Positions 12,407 to 25,330 of a stretch of DNA of 64,000 nt are shown piece by piece. The stretch is from Felis catus (lineage: Eukaryota), in contig NC_058368.1 in the NCBI RefSeq assembly GCF_018350175.1, positions 74,402,001 to 74,466,000 of the forward strand, in the 5' to 3' direction. Position 1 is the stretch's first letter. Each line of letters begins with the position of its first letter. Below the pieces are notes generated by a model. The model did not search any database and had not been told where the DNA came from. It worked only from the letters and a program-made list of their open reading frames with translations. The translations under genes and the position numbers were made by a program.

Positions 12407-12900
12407 TAGGTTTCCTCCCACTATCGGACAAGAGAGTGTTCCTATGAGACTTTTATAAGCCAAAATAGCATAAAGTGAAGAATCCGTCACCATTAATTTA
12501 CCAAAAAAACTTTGAACATTCCCAGATGGAAACAATAACCTCTCTTAGGCTTTTTTAAGACCTTAGGTCACATCACAGTAATGGATGCACAGAATAAATC
12601 GAGATAGAGCCCAGATGCTCACAGGTAGGTTTCAGAGCTCTGGTGCTGCAGGTGGAGACACTGAGCGTGGTTCCCAGGGAAGGAACTTGGCTGTGCGGCT
12701 CTCATTGCTTGGAATGTGTGCTGCCTCTGTGAGGTCCCGCTGCGAAACGCTGAACGCTATTTTTACTTTTCCCCTTGTATGGTAAAAGTGAAATTTCTCT
12801 TTGGATTTTTTTTTTCAGTTAGCGAAAACAGGTACAAATATAGGTGTTTCATAAAAGCGATGTGGCACAATGCAAATTTTTGAAAAGTGGGAGATGCCTG
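12407..12900 (-). mobile_element. Tigger2-like non-autonomous TcMar DNA transposon (Tigger2a_Car-like)
   Basis: Imperfect TIRs (aggtttcctcccactatcgg ... aaaagtgggagatgcctg) ending at TA; internal gcacagaataaatcgagatagagc and cagttagcgaaaacaggtac match recalled consensus. Confidence 0.8.
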
Positions 12901-12986
12901 TACCTGGATAATGTAAATATATATATTATATTTATTATATATTATATATATTTATTATATATATTTATTAAATATATATATTATAT

Positions 12987-13540
12987 TTCCAGCACTCAGA
13001 ACCATGCATTTGCTGGATGGTTTAGAGTGTTATTTGTTTTACTCTGTCTCACTCTCTCTCTCAAACATGAATAAATATTAAAAATAAAAAATAAATAAAA
13101 TAAAATAAAATTAAAGTTTTAGGTCAAAATGGAGTTTTAATTATTCCAGCACTCAGAACCATGCATTTGCTGTATGGTTTAGAGTGTTATTTGTTTTACT
13201 CTGTCTCTCTCACTCTCTCTCTCAAACATGAATAAATATTAAAAATAAAAAATAAAATAAAATAAAATAAAAGTTTTAGGTCAAAATGGAGTTTTAATTA
13301 TTCCAGCACTCAGAACCATGCATTTGCTGGATGGTTTAGAGTGTTATTTGTTTTATTTTTTATTATTTTTTTTAATGTTTACTCGCTTTTGAGAGACAGA
13401 GACAGAGTGCAAGCAGGGATAAAATAAAATAAAATAAAATAAAATAAAATAAAATAAAAGTTTTAGGTCAAAATGAGTTTTAATTATTCCAGCACTCAGA
13501 ACCATGCATTTGCTGGATGGTTTAGAGTGTTATTTGTTTT
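12987..13540. repeat. Complex tandem repeat; four copies of ttccagcactcagaaccatgcatttgctggatggtttagagtgttatttgtttt with periods 157, 157 and 186 bp
   Basis: Copies start at 12987, 13144, 13301 and 13487. Confidence 0.95.
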
Positions 13541-13758
13541 ATTTATTATTATTTTTTTAATGTTTACTCGCTTTTGAGACACAGAGACAGAGTGCGAGCA
13601 GGGGAGAGGCAAAGAGGGAGGGAGATGCAGAATCCAAAGCCGCCTGCAGACTCCGAGCTGCCAGCACAGGGCCCGATGTGGGGCTTGAACTCGCAACCTT
13701 GAGATCATGACCTGAGCTGAAATTGGACGCCTAGTGGACTGAGCCACCCAGGCGCCCC
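13537..13758 (-). mobile_element. CAN-SINE
   Basis: Full body ending gagccacccaggcgcccc; degenerate TSD agtgtta(t/c)tt. Confidence 0.95.
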
Positions 13759-14289
13759 AAGTGTTACTTTGTTTCAAGACCTGAAGTCATTTAGGAAACG
13801 AGTGTGTCATTGGCAAATGATTTTTTGTTTCTTTTATCATCACCACCCTAGGGGGGATTGTTCTGGGGAGTTGACCGATCGACCTTCCGACCTTCCGTCC
13901 AGTTGAAAGGTCACAGGGCCCGTGAGGAGGGTCTCCATCAAGGAAGCCCTTTCTAAAAGGCACAGCACGGAGGACCAAGGGGAGCCGCAGGCTAGTGTGG
14001 CAGGGCTGCGAGACCTGTAACCGGGTGCACCTGCTCCCGTTACGTCGCTTCTCATACAGGAGGCGAAAGGAAACAGGAGAAATGCGGTTGCATTTACAGT
14101 ATGCGTGGCAATGACTTCTCATTCCCCCCCCCCCCCCCGCACTTACTGTAAACAGATGCTTCTCATATGCGACTTACCCTCCATAATGCTCTTGCAAGAT
14201 GTGGGATAAAACTCTCACCATCAACAGTAAAGAAAGGTAAACTGATACTTTAAAGTTAACATTGCATTAATTGTAGCTATAAACTTCTA

Positions 14290-15060
14290 AAGCTTTATAG
14301 AATGAGTTTATTTTTACGGCAAACTATCTCGAACATATAGAGAAGCAGAGAGAATAGTACAGCAGATGCCCACATAGTTTTAGCTCAGGTGAAATAAAGA
14401 CTGAATTAGGGAGGGAATTATCTCAGCCTTTTTAATGCAGTTGATGTTCCCGCAGGTATATTCTCTTCCACTTCTCTCTTTTCCCAGGTAAAGCATCTAT
14501 CCTCAAGTTTATTTTACCTCTGACTGTATTGGTTGTGAGTCTCTATAAAAATATGTAGTATTTTTTAAAGTTTTATGTAAATGCTATCATGATATCAATA
14601 TCTTTGCAAGTTGCTTTTGCAATCACTATTGTTTTCAAGATTTATTCATTTAGATATGAAGATCAAATTCACTCATTTTAATTGCTTTTCTTCGTTTGAA
14701 TTTACGATACATTATTCATTCACTCCCCTAATGAGATACAATGTGGCATTTCCAAGTTGTTTTTATCATTGTGTGGCATACTGCAAGGAAAACACTTATA
14801 TACTACTTTTTCTGCATACGTGAGATTGCTGTTCTAGAATATATTCCTAACAGTGGAGTCGTTGAATCTTCAACTGGCCCAAATATTGTGAAATTTCTCT
14901 TTCCAACGGCTTGAGCAATTTATAGTTGAACTAGAAATTTATGAGTTTCTGTATCTCCCCATCACCTCCATCCACACTTGGAATCATCAGCCTCAAAATT
15001 CTGCCCCTCAGGTGGTATCAGAATGCAGTTTTAACTAACACTTGTCTGATTATATTGACA
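14290..15060 (-). mobile_element. Ancient L1ME-like fragment
   Basis: atatagagaagcagagagaatagtac, ttttcaagatttattcat, tatattcctaacagtggagtcgttg antisense L1 motifs. Confidence 0.6.
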
Positions 15061-15469
15061 ATATTTGAATCGAATATTATTTTGAATTGAATTTGCATTG
15101 AATATTTGAATTGAATAATATTTTAGATTCATTTTTGTCAGCCTTATATTTTGTGGGAAAATAGAACTGTTTACATGCCTTGCATACAAAGGTACTGGGG
15201 ACTTTAAAATTTAAATATGTATCATTTTGATCAGGAAATCGTCTTAACACGTGAATAGCTCTATCTATCTATCTATCATCTATCTATCATCTATTGCAGT
15301 ACACTTGGAAGTAAAATACGTTTAATATTTTGAGCAAGTTGAATTGTCCATTATGTTACCACACAGAGGGTTCACTTTAAATGGGTTGATGTGTTTTTAT
15401 TCTTACATGCATTGTTTTACAATGCTGACACCATAACATTTTCAGTTTTAGCTTCCACTTAACTCTGTA

Positions 15470-15560
15470 TCATAAGTGTCTTTAAAGCATAACTGACGTG
15501 CAATATCCTATTAATTTCAGGTGTACATCATAGTGATTGGATATTTTTATTCCTTCATTG
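15470..15560 (-). mobile_element. Short L1 3' terminal fragment
   Basis: ataactgac...tttcaggtgtacatcatagtgatt. Confidence 0.6.
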
Positions 15561-16143
15561 TATTTAATGGCCACATAAGATTCCATTAAGAAGATACAGT
15601 GTAGTTCTTAACCATTGCCATAATTCTTTATGTAGTATTGAGTCGGGGTGAGTCTAGGGTTTTAATATTAAGGGCCTTTTCCTGACACCAAAAGTAATGG
15701 TTATTTTCACCGTTCATATATATTTTTTTTAAACAGGAAAACAAAACAAAACAAGACAGCACGACTGAGCGTAATTCACAGCTTGAAAACAGGTCGTGGC
15801 TCCTTAAACATGTGTCTGTGTGTCTGTGTGTCCGCACCTGTGTGGTTTAGTCTCTTTTTCTGAATACTCCTAAATAAGAACGAACAGCAAAGTTTTAGGC
15901 TTTTTTTCACTTATTATTCATCACTAATAATGCAATATCTAGATTGGCCCATTGCCCTCTTTCATAAATTCAAACATTACAGTGATGTTTTTATTTCCAT
16001 TTCTGATGCCAAGGTAGAAAAATAAATAATAGCTACGGGAGGTGCTTCTTAATCTCCACAGTTTACTTTGGTTCACATTTGGGGAACTGGGAAGGTCTCC
16101 AGTCCTTATCGTCAAGATGGAGGTCCCAAGATAGGCAGTGAGC

Positions 16144-16604
16144 TGTGAGGAGAAAAGTATAAATCACCAAACAGAACAAGCATGGCTAGAGGATCTGCCC
16201 CCAGAAAGGGAGGTATTACAACAGATAAGTGCAGTATGATATGAACGGGGTGTGGTAAATAGGAAAGACAGAACCTAGCGGGGTCTATTTGTTAAAATTC
16301 CTCTCTGGGCCCTGTTCTTTCTGCCTGGCCCAGAAAACATTTGTTGACCAAACATTCACCCTTTTTCATCTTCCTATCAATTTTCTCCCTTCCCGCTGAA
16401 GTCCCAGACCCCTACCCCCTTCTCCTTAGCTCTGGGTGGCATTTAAACCTCCATTGCTTGACTGCCTGGGGCTACTACTTTACAGAGCTCTCACACATAC
16501 CTGAGTGAATTTGGTTTTCTCTGTGTATCTGCCTCATGTCAATTTCATTCTTACACCAACCAAATGAACATTGAAAAGTAGAGTGAAACGTCTCCTCCCC
16601 AACA
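16144..16604 (+). mobile_element. ERV1 LTR, MER34-like (carnivore/laurasiatherian)
   Basis: 3' end aatttggttttctc...catgtcaatttcattctta...gtagagtgaaacgtctcctccccaaca is MER34-type; 5' boundary approximate. Confidence 0.7.
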
Positions 16605-17363
16605 CGTGGAGAAGGCATATTACTATATAAGTTGGGATGTCACACCTTTGGTTTTGCCTATGAACTATGAGTTCCATTTTCACTGCAAGGAGATGCATTA
16701 TAAAATCTGTTGTCTTCCCCAAAGGCACCTCCATTTTGGCAGATGATTGAGACACTGAAAGTATCTTCTTGTTGGCATCTGTAGTTTGGACAAATCTGTG
16801 GAAAAGGAGGATTAATTATTTTCCAAATCATATTTAGACTTCACGGCTTACATATGACCCGTGTCTTATTTCTTGACACTTATTATTTTCTAATATAAAA
16901 GAAGCCAAAAGGCCTGATATCGAGCTTACATGCAGGTGAATAAAGACAGTGTTCAGAGTTTAAGACCTAGCCCATTAATAAAGGCTCTGGAGATCCTTCG
17001 GGCTGAGGAAACTACAAATAAATTCTAGGCTCTTGACCCCACTGGGCTGAGGACAATGAATTTCTGTGCAGGACCTGCAGAAAGGTGGACTTCAATGGTA
17101 TCTTTTACCAGTAGGCAGAAGCCCCTTGGGAGAGACAGCTGACTTCAGCTCAGTCCTGGGTCTGCCTGAAAGACAAAAGTATCCACAGCAAGTATTACAA
17201 AATGACAGCCCTATGACAGATTTGGTCCTCCACCAGGGAGAGCTGATCCCTTTAAACAATTCTACTTGTCAATTCTGCCCTTACAATAACTTTCAAAACT
17301 GTTGTGCAGTCTCCATGTAATTCCAGCAAACTTTAAAAGTCCCTTTAAAAGTCTTATGTTTTA

Positions 17364-17605
17364 GGGGCGCCGGGGTGGCTCAGGCAGTTAAGCGTCTGAC
17401 TCTTGATTTCGGCTCGGGTCGTGATCTCATGGTTCGTGAGTGTGAACCCGGAGTCAGGTTCTGCACTGACATCACAGAACCTGCTTGGGATTCTCTTTCT
17501 CCATCTCTGTCTCTGTATCTCTCTCTGTCTCTGTCTCTCTCTCTCTCTCTGCCCCTCCCCTGCTTGCTCTCTTTCAAAATAAATAAATGAGCGTTAAAAA
17601 GTAAA
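17364..17605 (+). mobile_element. CAN-SINE
   Basis: Head ggggcgccggggtggctcag, (CT)n, A-tail; flanking gtcttat. Confidence 0.95.
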
Positions 17606-17639
17606 ATAAGTGTCTTATATTTCACCAAAATGGGAGAAT

Positions 17640-18107
17640 CATTTGGCTTACATCTACTCACATCGTAGGCTCCTTAGTTGCTGGGAACCCATCCATCCAG
17701 CTTCCTGATGGCACAGCCCGGGTGGTTGGTGGAAGGGCAATGCACAGCGACCCTCCAAATGGGAAGCTACTGGTATCCCTCCTCTTACTCATCATGGCCA
17801 TCCCCATGGTCCAGTTGGCATTGATGATTCAAAATAAACCCATGGGGGCAAAAATCGGGGATATTTTCTGGGGATGACCCCCAGGACAAAAAAGAAACCT
17901 TATATCCAGCCGGTGCCACCCCTGCCTGCCCGTCCTCTACCTAAAGGAAGGATAGCCCCCTATATTTCCCAGCTAAGGAGGGGGACAAATGGGTTCGAAA
18001 TCCCCACTCCAGCAACAAACGAATGTATCCATGGATACAAGCTGCTCCAACCCCTAGGCCCACTTGGCCCCCAGAGGCATTCCAGAGCATAACTAGACCT
18101 GGTGGGT
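17640..18107 (+). mobile_element. ERV internal 3' remnant (possibly env-derived) abutting the LTR
   Basis: Directly precedes the LTR; degenerate GGWWK followed by hydrophobic LLVSLLLLIMAIPMVQLAL in a shifted frame. Confidence 0.45.
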
Positions 18108-18672
18108 TAAGGTACAGAATGGTTCATTAGTTCCTAGGTATACATTGTCTCTCTGGGAGCGCATAAGGCATGGGTTCCCAGGGCCCTCTTGGCTCCCTCC
18201 CGGCGCCCCAGACCAAAGCGAATACTTTTGTTCCTTGTACCGCAAACGGTTCAAAGGAACAATTAAGAAGTCATGTCCCTGTAAACATTCCACTTGAGGT
18301 GTTGAGAGCTAGACGATCTTTCATGAAAATAGCAAAGCAAACGCTTTATAGACTATAAATAAATGTGGATACATAAGGAAAGTAACATGAAGAAATGAAT
18401 CAATAAGCAGAGAGCAGGAGGGAACGTTACAAAGAAATAATCATGATATTCCTTAATGGGTGATTACACAAAGGAACGTTTTTAAAATTAGGTAATGCTA
18501 AGAAACATAGATGACGCTCGCTACAAGGAAATTGCTGACAAATATAATGCCACGTTTGCCACAAGAAAGCGGCCGGTCTAACACGCCGCTGTTGTCTGTA
18601 TCCATTTGTTATTTTCGCCGACGCCGTTCATCCTTCGGGAACCCCTGGACCTGCTGGGGCTGGACTCCGGCA
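18108..18672 (+). mobile_element. ERV1-like LTR (carnivore type)
   Basis: U5-type end gacgccgttcatccttcgggaacccctggacctgctggggctggactccggca; TATA-like aatataat near 18541. Confidence 0.75.
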
Positions 18673-21600
18673 CTTAGTCTCTTGATTTTATATGGCATCC
18701 CTTATCTCTTCTAGCATTTATTCATATGAAGGGTGCCCAGGACACTAAGAAATTATCATTTCATATTTTATATGCTTCAGTGAGAAGTGCTTAGAAAATA
18801 ATACACAGCTACGCTTATGGACCACGGTCCCATGCTATGATGTTTGCTTCCTCTCTCTGCTTTCCACCGTGCCCTTCACACTCAAGGAAGCAGCGCACAA
18901 TGTTGCCAGAATATACTTTTACTTCTTCAATGGGCTGTTAAGTCCCCTCTGATGATCAGTATTTCAAAACGCTTAAATACGCTTTGGAAATTTCCTTTTT
19001 GCATATTCTTCCTTGGTTCTGGAATACTGTGTTTCAGACTGTGGGTTCTGACTGTTGAAGGGGTGGGAAAATCACTTGGGTGAGCTGTGATCAGCATTTT
19101 CTTTTCATGAGGGGGATGGAAGAGACTGCAAACAAAGAGTTCATCACACCGGGGAAAATCAGTATTATTGCAGGAGAATTTATTTTAACAGATCTGTATA
19201 TGGATTTGTGTCCTGGGGTCTTAGGTCTGTCTGGAAAATGTTTATCTATTATGGACAACGGACAGAAGAGGTGTGTGATCCCCTGCTCTACGCCACTTTA
19301 TCGTCTATATTTGAATCCAGACTTTTCTCCTTCCTATAAAATAGATTTATTTTTAGCTTGACTCTAACAACACAATACATTTTATTTGACAGCTTGATAT
19401 TCTCTTGCGTTCCCCCCATGGATATCTTCCCCAATACCAAAATCTCAATAGCAATTATTTGACATCAAAATGTCATTATCACCGCGCATCCTTCTAATTG
19501 TATTTGAAGAGTCCTCTCTTTCATAGGTTTTACGTTCCATCGGCCCTTTCTTCCGCTTCCCCACGTCTCCTTTGCTAAGTGCCATTTTTGTCTACTGTTC
19601 AAGAATGGGTCAAGTTTAGAATGAAGGGAGTTTATTTAGGATTCATTCTAATTGACAATAAATAGCCTGGGGACTTAGCTGCCACAGCTGTCCCTTATTA
19701 GATCATAGTGCAGCTCATCAAATTAAAATAAGCTGTCCTAAATTCTGCACTGTACAAGGGAAGAAAGAAAAAGCATTAGGCCCTCTCAGAGAGCCCTTTA
19801 GAGTGAATTATGTTGATGGTTTGTGTAGAAAATGGGCCAGATGACAGCCAAGTTAGAGCAGCCTGTCACCACAACTAATGCTCACATGTCAGCTTTTGGA
19901 CCGGAGCACAACTGAAGGCTTACAACTGACTGGCCGTCAGCTTTGGTTCAGGAGGTCAAGGTGCACAAGGTGAGGGTCTCCCCAAACTTCCAGCGTGCCT
20001 CCCGTAGCCTTCCGTTTCCCGAGTCTGGGGTCTTATAAATGATGGGATGTTAGGGGTCTGTGTGTAGAGTTTTAAATCACGATCTGATATGGAAGCCTTG
20101 CTAGAAACATGTGTAGTTTTACCCAGATTTTTGTAGGTGGCTGGCTTCAGAGATACACTTAATTAATTCCGAGAAATGCAGTTAGGCAACTGCAAATAAG
20201 GTCTCGTGCTAGTGGCGAAAATCATCTTCTTTGCTGCCATTTTCCCGAATAAATTTACCTCTGTCTCTAAAAACACGCAAAGACAGCGCACGTTGGCACC
20301 GCAGCGTATGTTTTTAAAATGAACTGAATGTGCTTTTGCCTTCTTCTGTTTCCAATGCCAATGCCTAACAGAGAAGTGGTATAAACCCCCAAGTAGGGTA
20401 AGAGCGGGGTGGGCGGAGGGATGAGCCTAAACTCGCGCCGAGTTTTTTGTTCTTTTGTTTGCCTTCAAGATGACCAAAGAGAAACGATCGCAGAGAAAAG
20501 AACAGAGAAGCCGATTGAAGAAGCTCTCCAAGTTCATCAAACAACTCTCTCCAGCAGCATCTGCCGCCGTCTCTGCTGTGTGGACTACAGGTCAGGACAC
20601 GCGGGGCCGTGGGGAAGAAATCCAAGCTACGCAGCGTGCTGGGGGAGGGGTTCTCCTATCACTGCTCAAACTTTGTCCTGATGTGCACACCCCTCCACTG
20701 AAATAAATCCTCCGACAGTAGGTCTAGCAACAGCCTAAGACAGCAAAGGACATAGAAGACCATAATCTCATTCCCCGAAAATGGCTGGTAGTGCAAAATG
20801 AACCTTCGTGTGCTTAGCACGCGATGGGCCATTTCTGTTGAAGAACAATATGGGCCAGGTGAAATATTGAGATTTTTATTCACATGGAGCTCTCATTTTC
20901 CCTGCTGGTTAGGAAGCCATAGGAAAAACAAAAACAAAAACAAAAACAAAAGCTATCGTTTCTTTTTCCCTCATGGAAAGTGAAAATAAACTAATCTTTG
21001 TAGAATGCACGCAGTGTATGGCTATTTGGATTAGTGCATGCATAGGTACTATTACATTTAAGACTATTCATATTCAGTGAATCTTAAAATATTTCAAGGT
21101 AAATCGTTCAAGGTTACGCAATTGAAAATCATGGACATGAGAGTATATATATGCATATATATTTTCTATTTACTCGGTGTCACGTTGGGCATGTAATATA
21201 TGTGTGTAAATCGAGCGTCATTGACTATGCCAAGTTTAAAATCCTGTTCCTGAAATATTATTATGACTAATTAATTCTCTTCCAACCTTTCATAGCTCTT
21301 TCCCTATCAAATCCACTTAATATAAGAGACCAAGAACAGAAACAAGGCATTTCTACTTTGGAGAATGATGTTCCTGGTGGCTTACAAATATATCTTCATA
21401 TTCTCATTTCATAACTTGAGTACATTATGCCTTTAGTCATTTTTTCTTGCAATATGGATTTTAGTAGATTTGTTGCTTGAGATCTCAAACATAAGGGCAT
21501 CACATCAGCCGAAATAGGAGTAGGAGCAGTAAACCCTTTCATTTACCACACTTATTAATATGCTTTTTTTTTTAAGACCAAAGGTGAAACTGATGCTTTT

Positions 21601-24600
21601 GTTTGTTTCACAAACAACTACTTTTCCTTCAAGCGTCTTCATCAGTTACTTATATTTTGGTTACCTAACGGCGCCTGTGCCTGGTAGCTCAAATCATGGA
21701 ATAAAACAAGAAACATAATTTCATGCTGAATACTAAATATTTTCTAGGACCGCAAAATACATAATGCAAAATCAGCACATATTACTTATTAATCAGCCCT
21801 GTTTTAAGGTGATTTAGGCCCATTAGATCATAGTTTAAGGAACATATCTTGAGCACAAATTTGCTTTATACATTATAGGATTCTGCAGAGAATTTCCATG
21901 TGTAGAATAGAGAAAAGCATAGACTGGCATATTACAAACAATAAAACCACTGACCATGAAGCTGGAGCACAGGCTTCTGTGAAGTATAATTGACATAATT
22001 ATATTTGAACCAATTTGACGGAATTTATTACAGCTTTCATATTCCCTGAAATGTTATACTCAATCTATCAAATAATTGTTACACACGTAATATTTTTAGT
22101 TCGTATTTCACATGCACGGAATTTATTTTCGTTTTCAAAATATGAAAGACCTTCTCTTTTAGCCTTGCTTTTAATCTGGCGGAGGCGGGGGCTGGCCCGC
22201 ATTTGAACTCTCCATAACCCCCTTTCTCCACATTTCGATGAGGTGCTGCTAACATGTGGTAGGCATGGACCTGAGTTTTATCTCCACTTGTTAAAATGTT
22301 TGCTAGTCTGCAGTAAAACTACAGCTAAAAGTACTCTGTAAGGTTTTATTAATTTGGGGATCTAAGCCATTTCTCTCTCAGTCCATGACCGTTGCCTTTT
22401 TATTCGATACAAAAATGCTATATACTTAAAGGGCACCTGATAGGGGGAGGAAAGCTATTCTAGGAATTTTAAAGAGTGGGAACAAATACGCCTTTTTTTG
22501 TAAGAGAGAAAAGTATTCCTTTAATGTGCAAAACCCAGATGACCCAATAGCAGATTTTATATGATTTCAAGATACACACTTGTTACTTGCAATAGATTTT
22601 TGTATAATCAGAAAGCCACTCCTTGTGATTCCGGCATGTTCAAAATGACTAATATCTTTGCGGCAGCAGCATTTATTTTTAATAGCTGTGATTCTAAAAG
22701 TGTTTCTCCCATTATTGCCTCCGACCTCAAGGCACTTCATCAAAAGTGGAGAGTCATGACGTTGGCCGCACCAAGTTTAATGGTAAGACTTTTGGGTGTC
22801 AGTCAAACGTGTGGACACAGAGCTACCTCTTCAAATATTTTCTCAGACATGTTATATCTTAAGTCTCAGGGATGAAATTATTTTCTCCTGAAAAGTCTCG
22901 GTGCAGAAAAGAGAGTCAAATATTGATAAGAGCGTATAACTTAACAGAGGTAATCGCATCTTGCTTTGATGCTGATGGTTTGCTCCAAAATTTTATAACA
23001 ACTAATTAAATTTATTATCTACCCAGAAATATATGGACATCCCATGTCACCTGTAAAAAAACACAAGAGTAAGAAGCCATCACTATCTGTTATGTCATTA
23101 AAAAAATAATAATGCTTAGTCATAGATTTTATTTACTAAGCATTTCAGAAATGTCATATATTTTATAGAGTTTATCCCACGTAATTTATGCAATGAGCCT
23201 AAAACATGGATAGCTCTACGCTGACTTTAAAGTGGAAGAAACTGATGCTTAAAATGCTTTAATTTTCTTGATTCAAAGTGCTAAAAACACATAAAAATAT
23301 GTCTATTTTTTGCGGCAAAATTTTTTGAGATGTTTATGCAGTTGAACCTTTATGAAAGCATGATTCCATTGATATAACTTGTAACGTACTTGAGTAGGCA
23401 TGCCTTTCAAGAAAGTGAATGGGACAAAAAGGATTTCTGAGTTTTAAGTAAATATAAATTCCCAACAACTAAAAAAAAAAAACCCAACAAAAAAACCCTT
23501 AGAAGATGAGGATTAATCTTCTGCATGAGTGTTTGTTTCTGAAAATTTTAAGAGGATATTCAAATCCATGTGACTTTTACTCATTTACTTCTGTTTTCAT
23601 GTGATTATTAATGAAAAAGTGCCATAGCCACACAAGTTTAAAGGCTCTGATGGTTTGTGCAACCCCCAAAATAAATAGATGGATACAATGAATCGACTTA
23701 TACTACTGATTTTTCTTAAGAAAAATGTACAAATGTACAGGTTTTTATTTAGATATTTAGAAAATCTCTCTTCCTATTTTCAGCTTAAAAAAAAAAGTCC
23801 TACCTTCATTAGTCTATGCCACACATATGTCATAAAAGCAATTTTCAATGATTCAGGTACCTGTCCACAAAACCACCCACAATCATGGACCAGGATCAGA
23901 GGAGGCGAAGATTTCAGTGTGTTAGCATCATTTTTTACAGAATTCAGTGTCTGGACCTACATGCTTCTGTCTGGTCTGATGGTAGTTTCTGATTTTAAAA
24001 AGGGTTGGGAAAATTCTGCTTTGTGGGAAACTGGAAAAGAACACTGCAAAACAGTTTTGTATCTTTAGCAGAGACTGAAGCAGAGAAGTCATCATCCTAA
24101 TAAAGACAAAAGGGAAACTGAGCGCACACTTAGCAACAAAACAAAACAAAATAAAGCAAAGCAAAACAAAGCAAAAGCCAAGCTACTTGATTAACTATGA
24201 ATTAATAAAGTGTCTTGGGGAATAATCTAAGTCTACCATTTGTTTTGAATTATGCCATATCTAATAAAAATGTTCAAATTCTCAACTTAAAGAAATTTAT
24301 GCATCATCAGCTCAGATATTTCTAGCAACAGGAAGACTGAAATATAATGGTACAGAGATATTCCAAAGTATTTTCTTACTATTAAGCAGATCTTAAAAGC
24401 TGGTATAGCAGTCAGATTCGAATTTTGAGACAATTGTGCCTGATTCCTTTTTTTTTTTGTAAAAATAGCATACATTTAAGCCCTTTTCATATTTTCTAAA
24501 TACATTTTGGCAGTTTGAGTTCAAGAAATTCAATTTTCAGTCACGCATGGAGCTTCCTAACTACTGCTTTAGTAAGTCATTGTAAGAGTGTTGGCTGTTA

Positions 24601-25169
24601 CATTACTTATGTTACATAAAAGAACAATTGCGAGCATTTATTTACAGTAACTTTGCTGTGTTTTAACAAACCCAATTAGCATAATGGCTCAGGCTGCTAT
24701 TTTCCCATCCCTCACAATGATTAAAGATTTTAGAGTTCTCTTAACTAACATCATCCATTCCAGTGTTTGCCCTTACGTCTACAGAAGAGATTATACACAA
24801 AATTAAACATATATTAAGACCGACACCCAGAGCAATGGACAAATACTCCTAATGCAGGGAGAGATGTCGCTACAAGTAGTCTGAATACCATTATGACCCA
24901 GAAGTTTTAGAGTGTTGTCCTGATGGTATGCTGGAAAGAACCATGGATCTGCGGGGAAAGGAGAATAAACTGTTTTTTTTATAGAAGTTAAACAACCTGA
25001 AGTCAGATCCGGTCGCAAGGAAAGGGGCTGTCCACTGCATCCCGTGGAGCCTGGGCCACTCCTGCTCTAGCTAACCGGTGTCTCATCCAAGGGGCCAATC
25101 CCATAGCCCTAGCACAGAGGAAGGGTTTGGGCACCTGAGTCATTCCCTCCCTCCCACCGCCCCTGTTCT

Positions 25170-25330
25170 ACGACAGGCCTTCACCCTCTTTAGCCTTGAT
25201 GACAACAGTGTCTGCTTAGTGGGTCTCCTGGTCCCCAAGGGTAACCTCAGCTGTCATCTGCAATCTGCAGCCCCATACTTTGGACACCAAATCTAAAAAT
25301 GTCATTTCACAGCTAATGAATTTAAAATGT
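25170..25330 (+). mobile_element. L2 fragment (probable)
   Basis: tgggtctcctggtcccc...ctgcaatctgcagcc...caaatctaaaaatgtcatttc. Confidence 0.45.

Noticed and set aside
12987..13540. Regularly spaced direct repeats superficially like a CRISPR array
   Set aside because: The intervening sequences are themselves repeated SINE tails, the DNA is mammalian and there are no cas genes
13906..13913. NBRE-like AAAGGTCA
   Set aside because: The 8-mer occurs several times in the window at about chance frequency
23679..24068. 129-aa plus-strand ORF
   Set aside because: AT-rich low-information composition, no recognisable homology, no convincing exon structure
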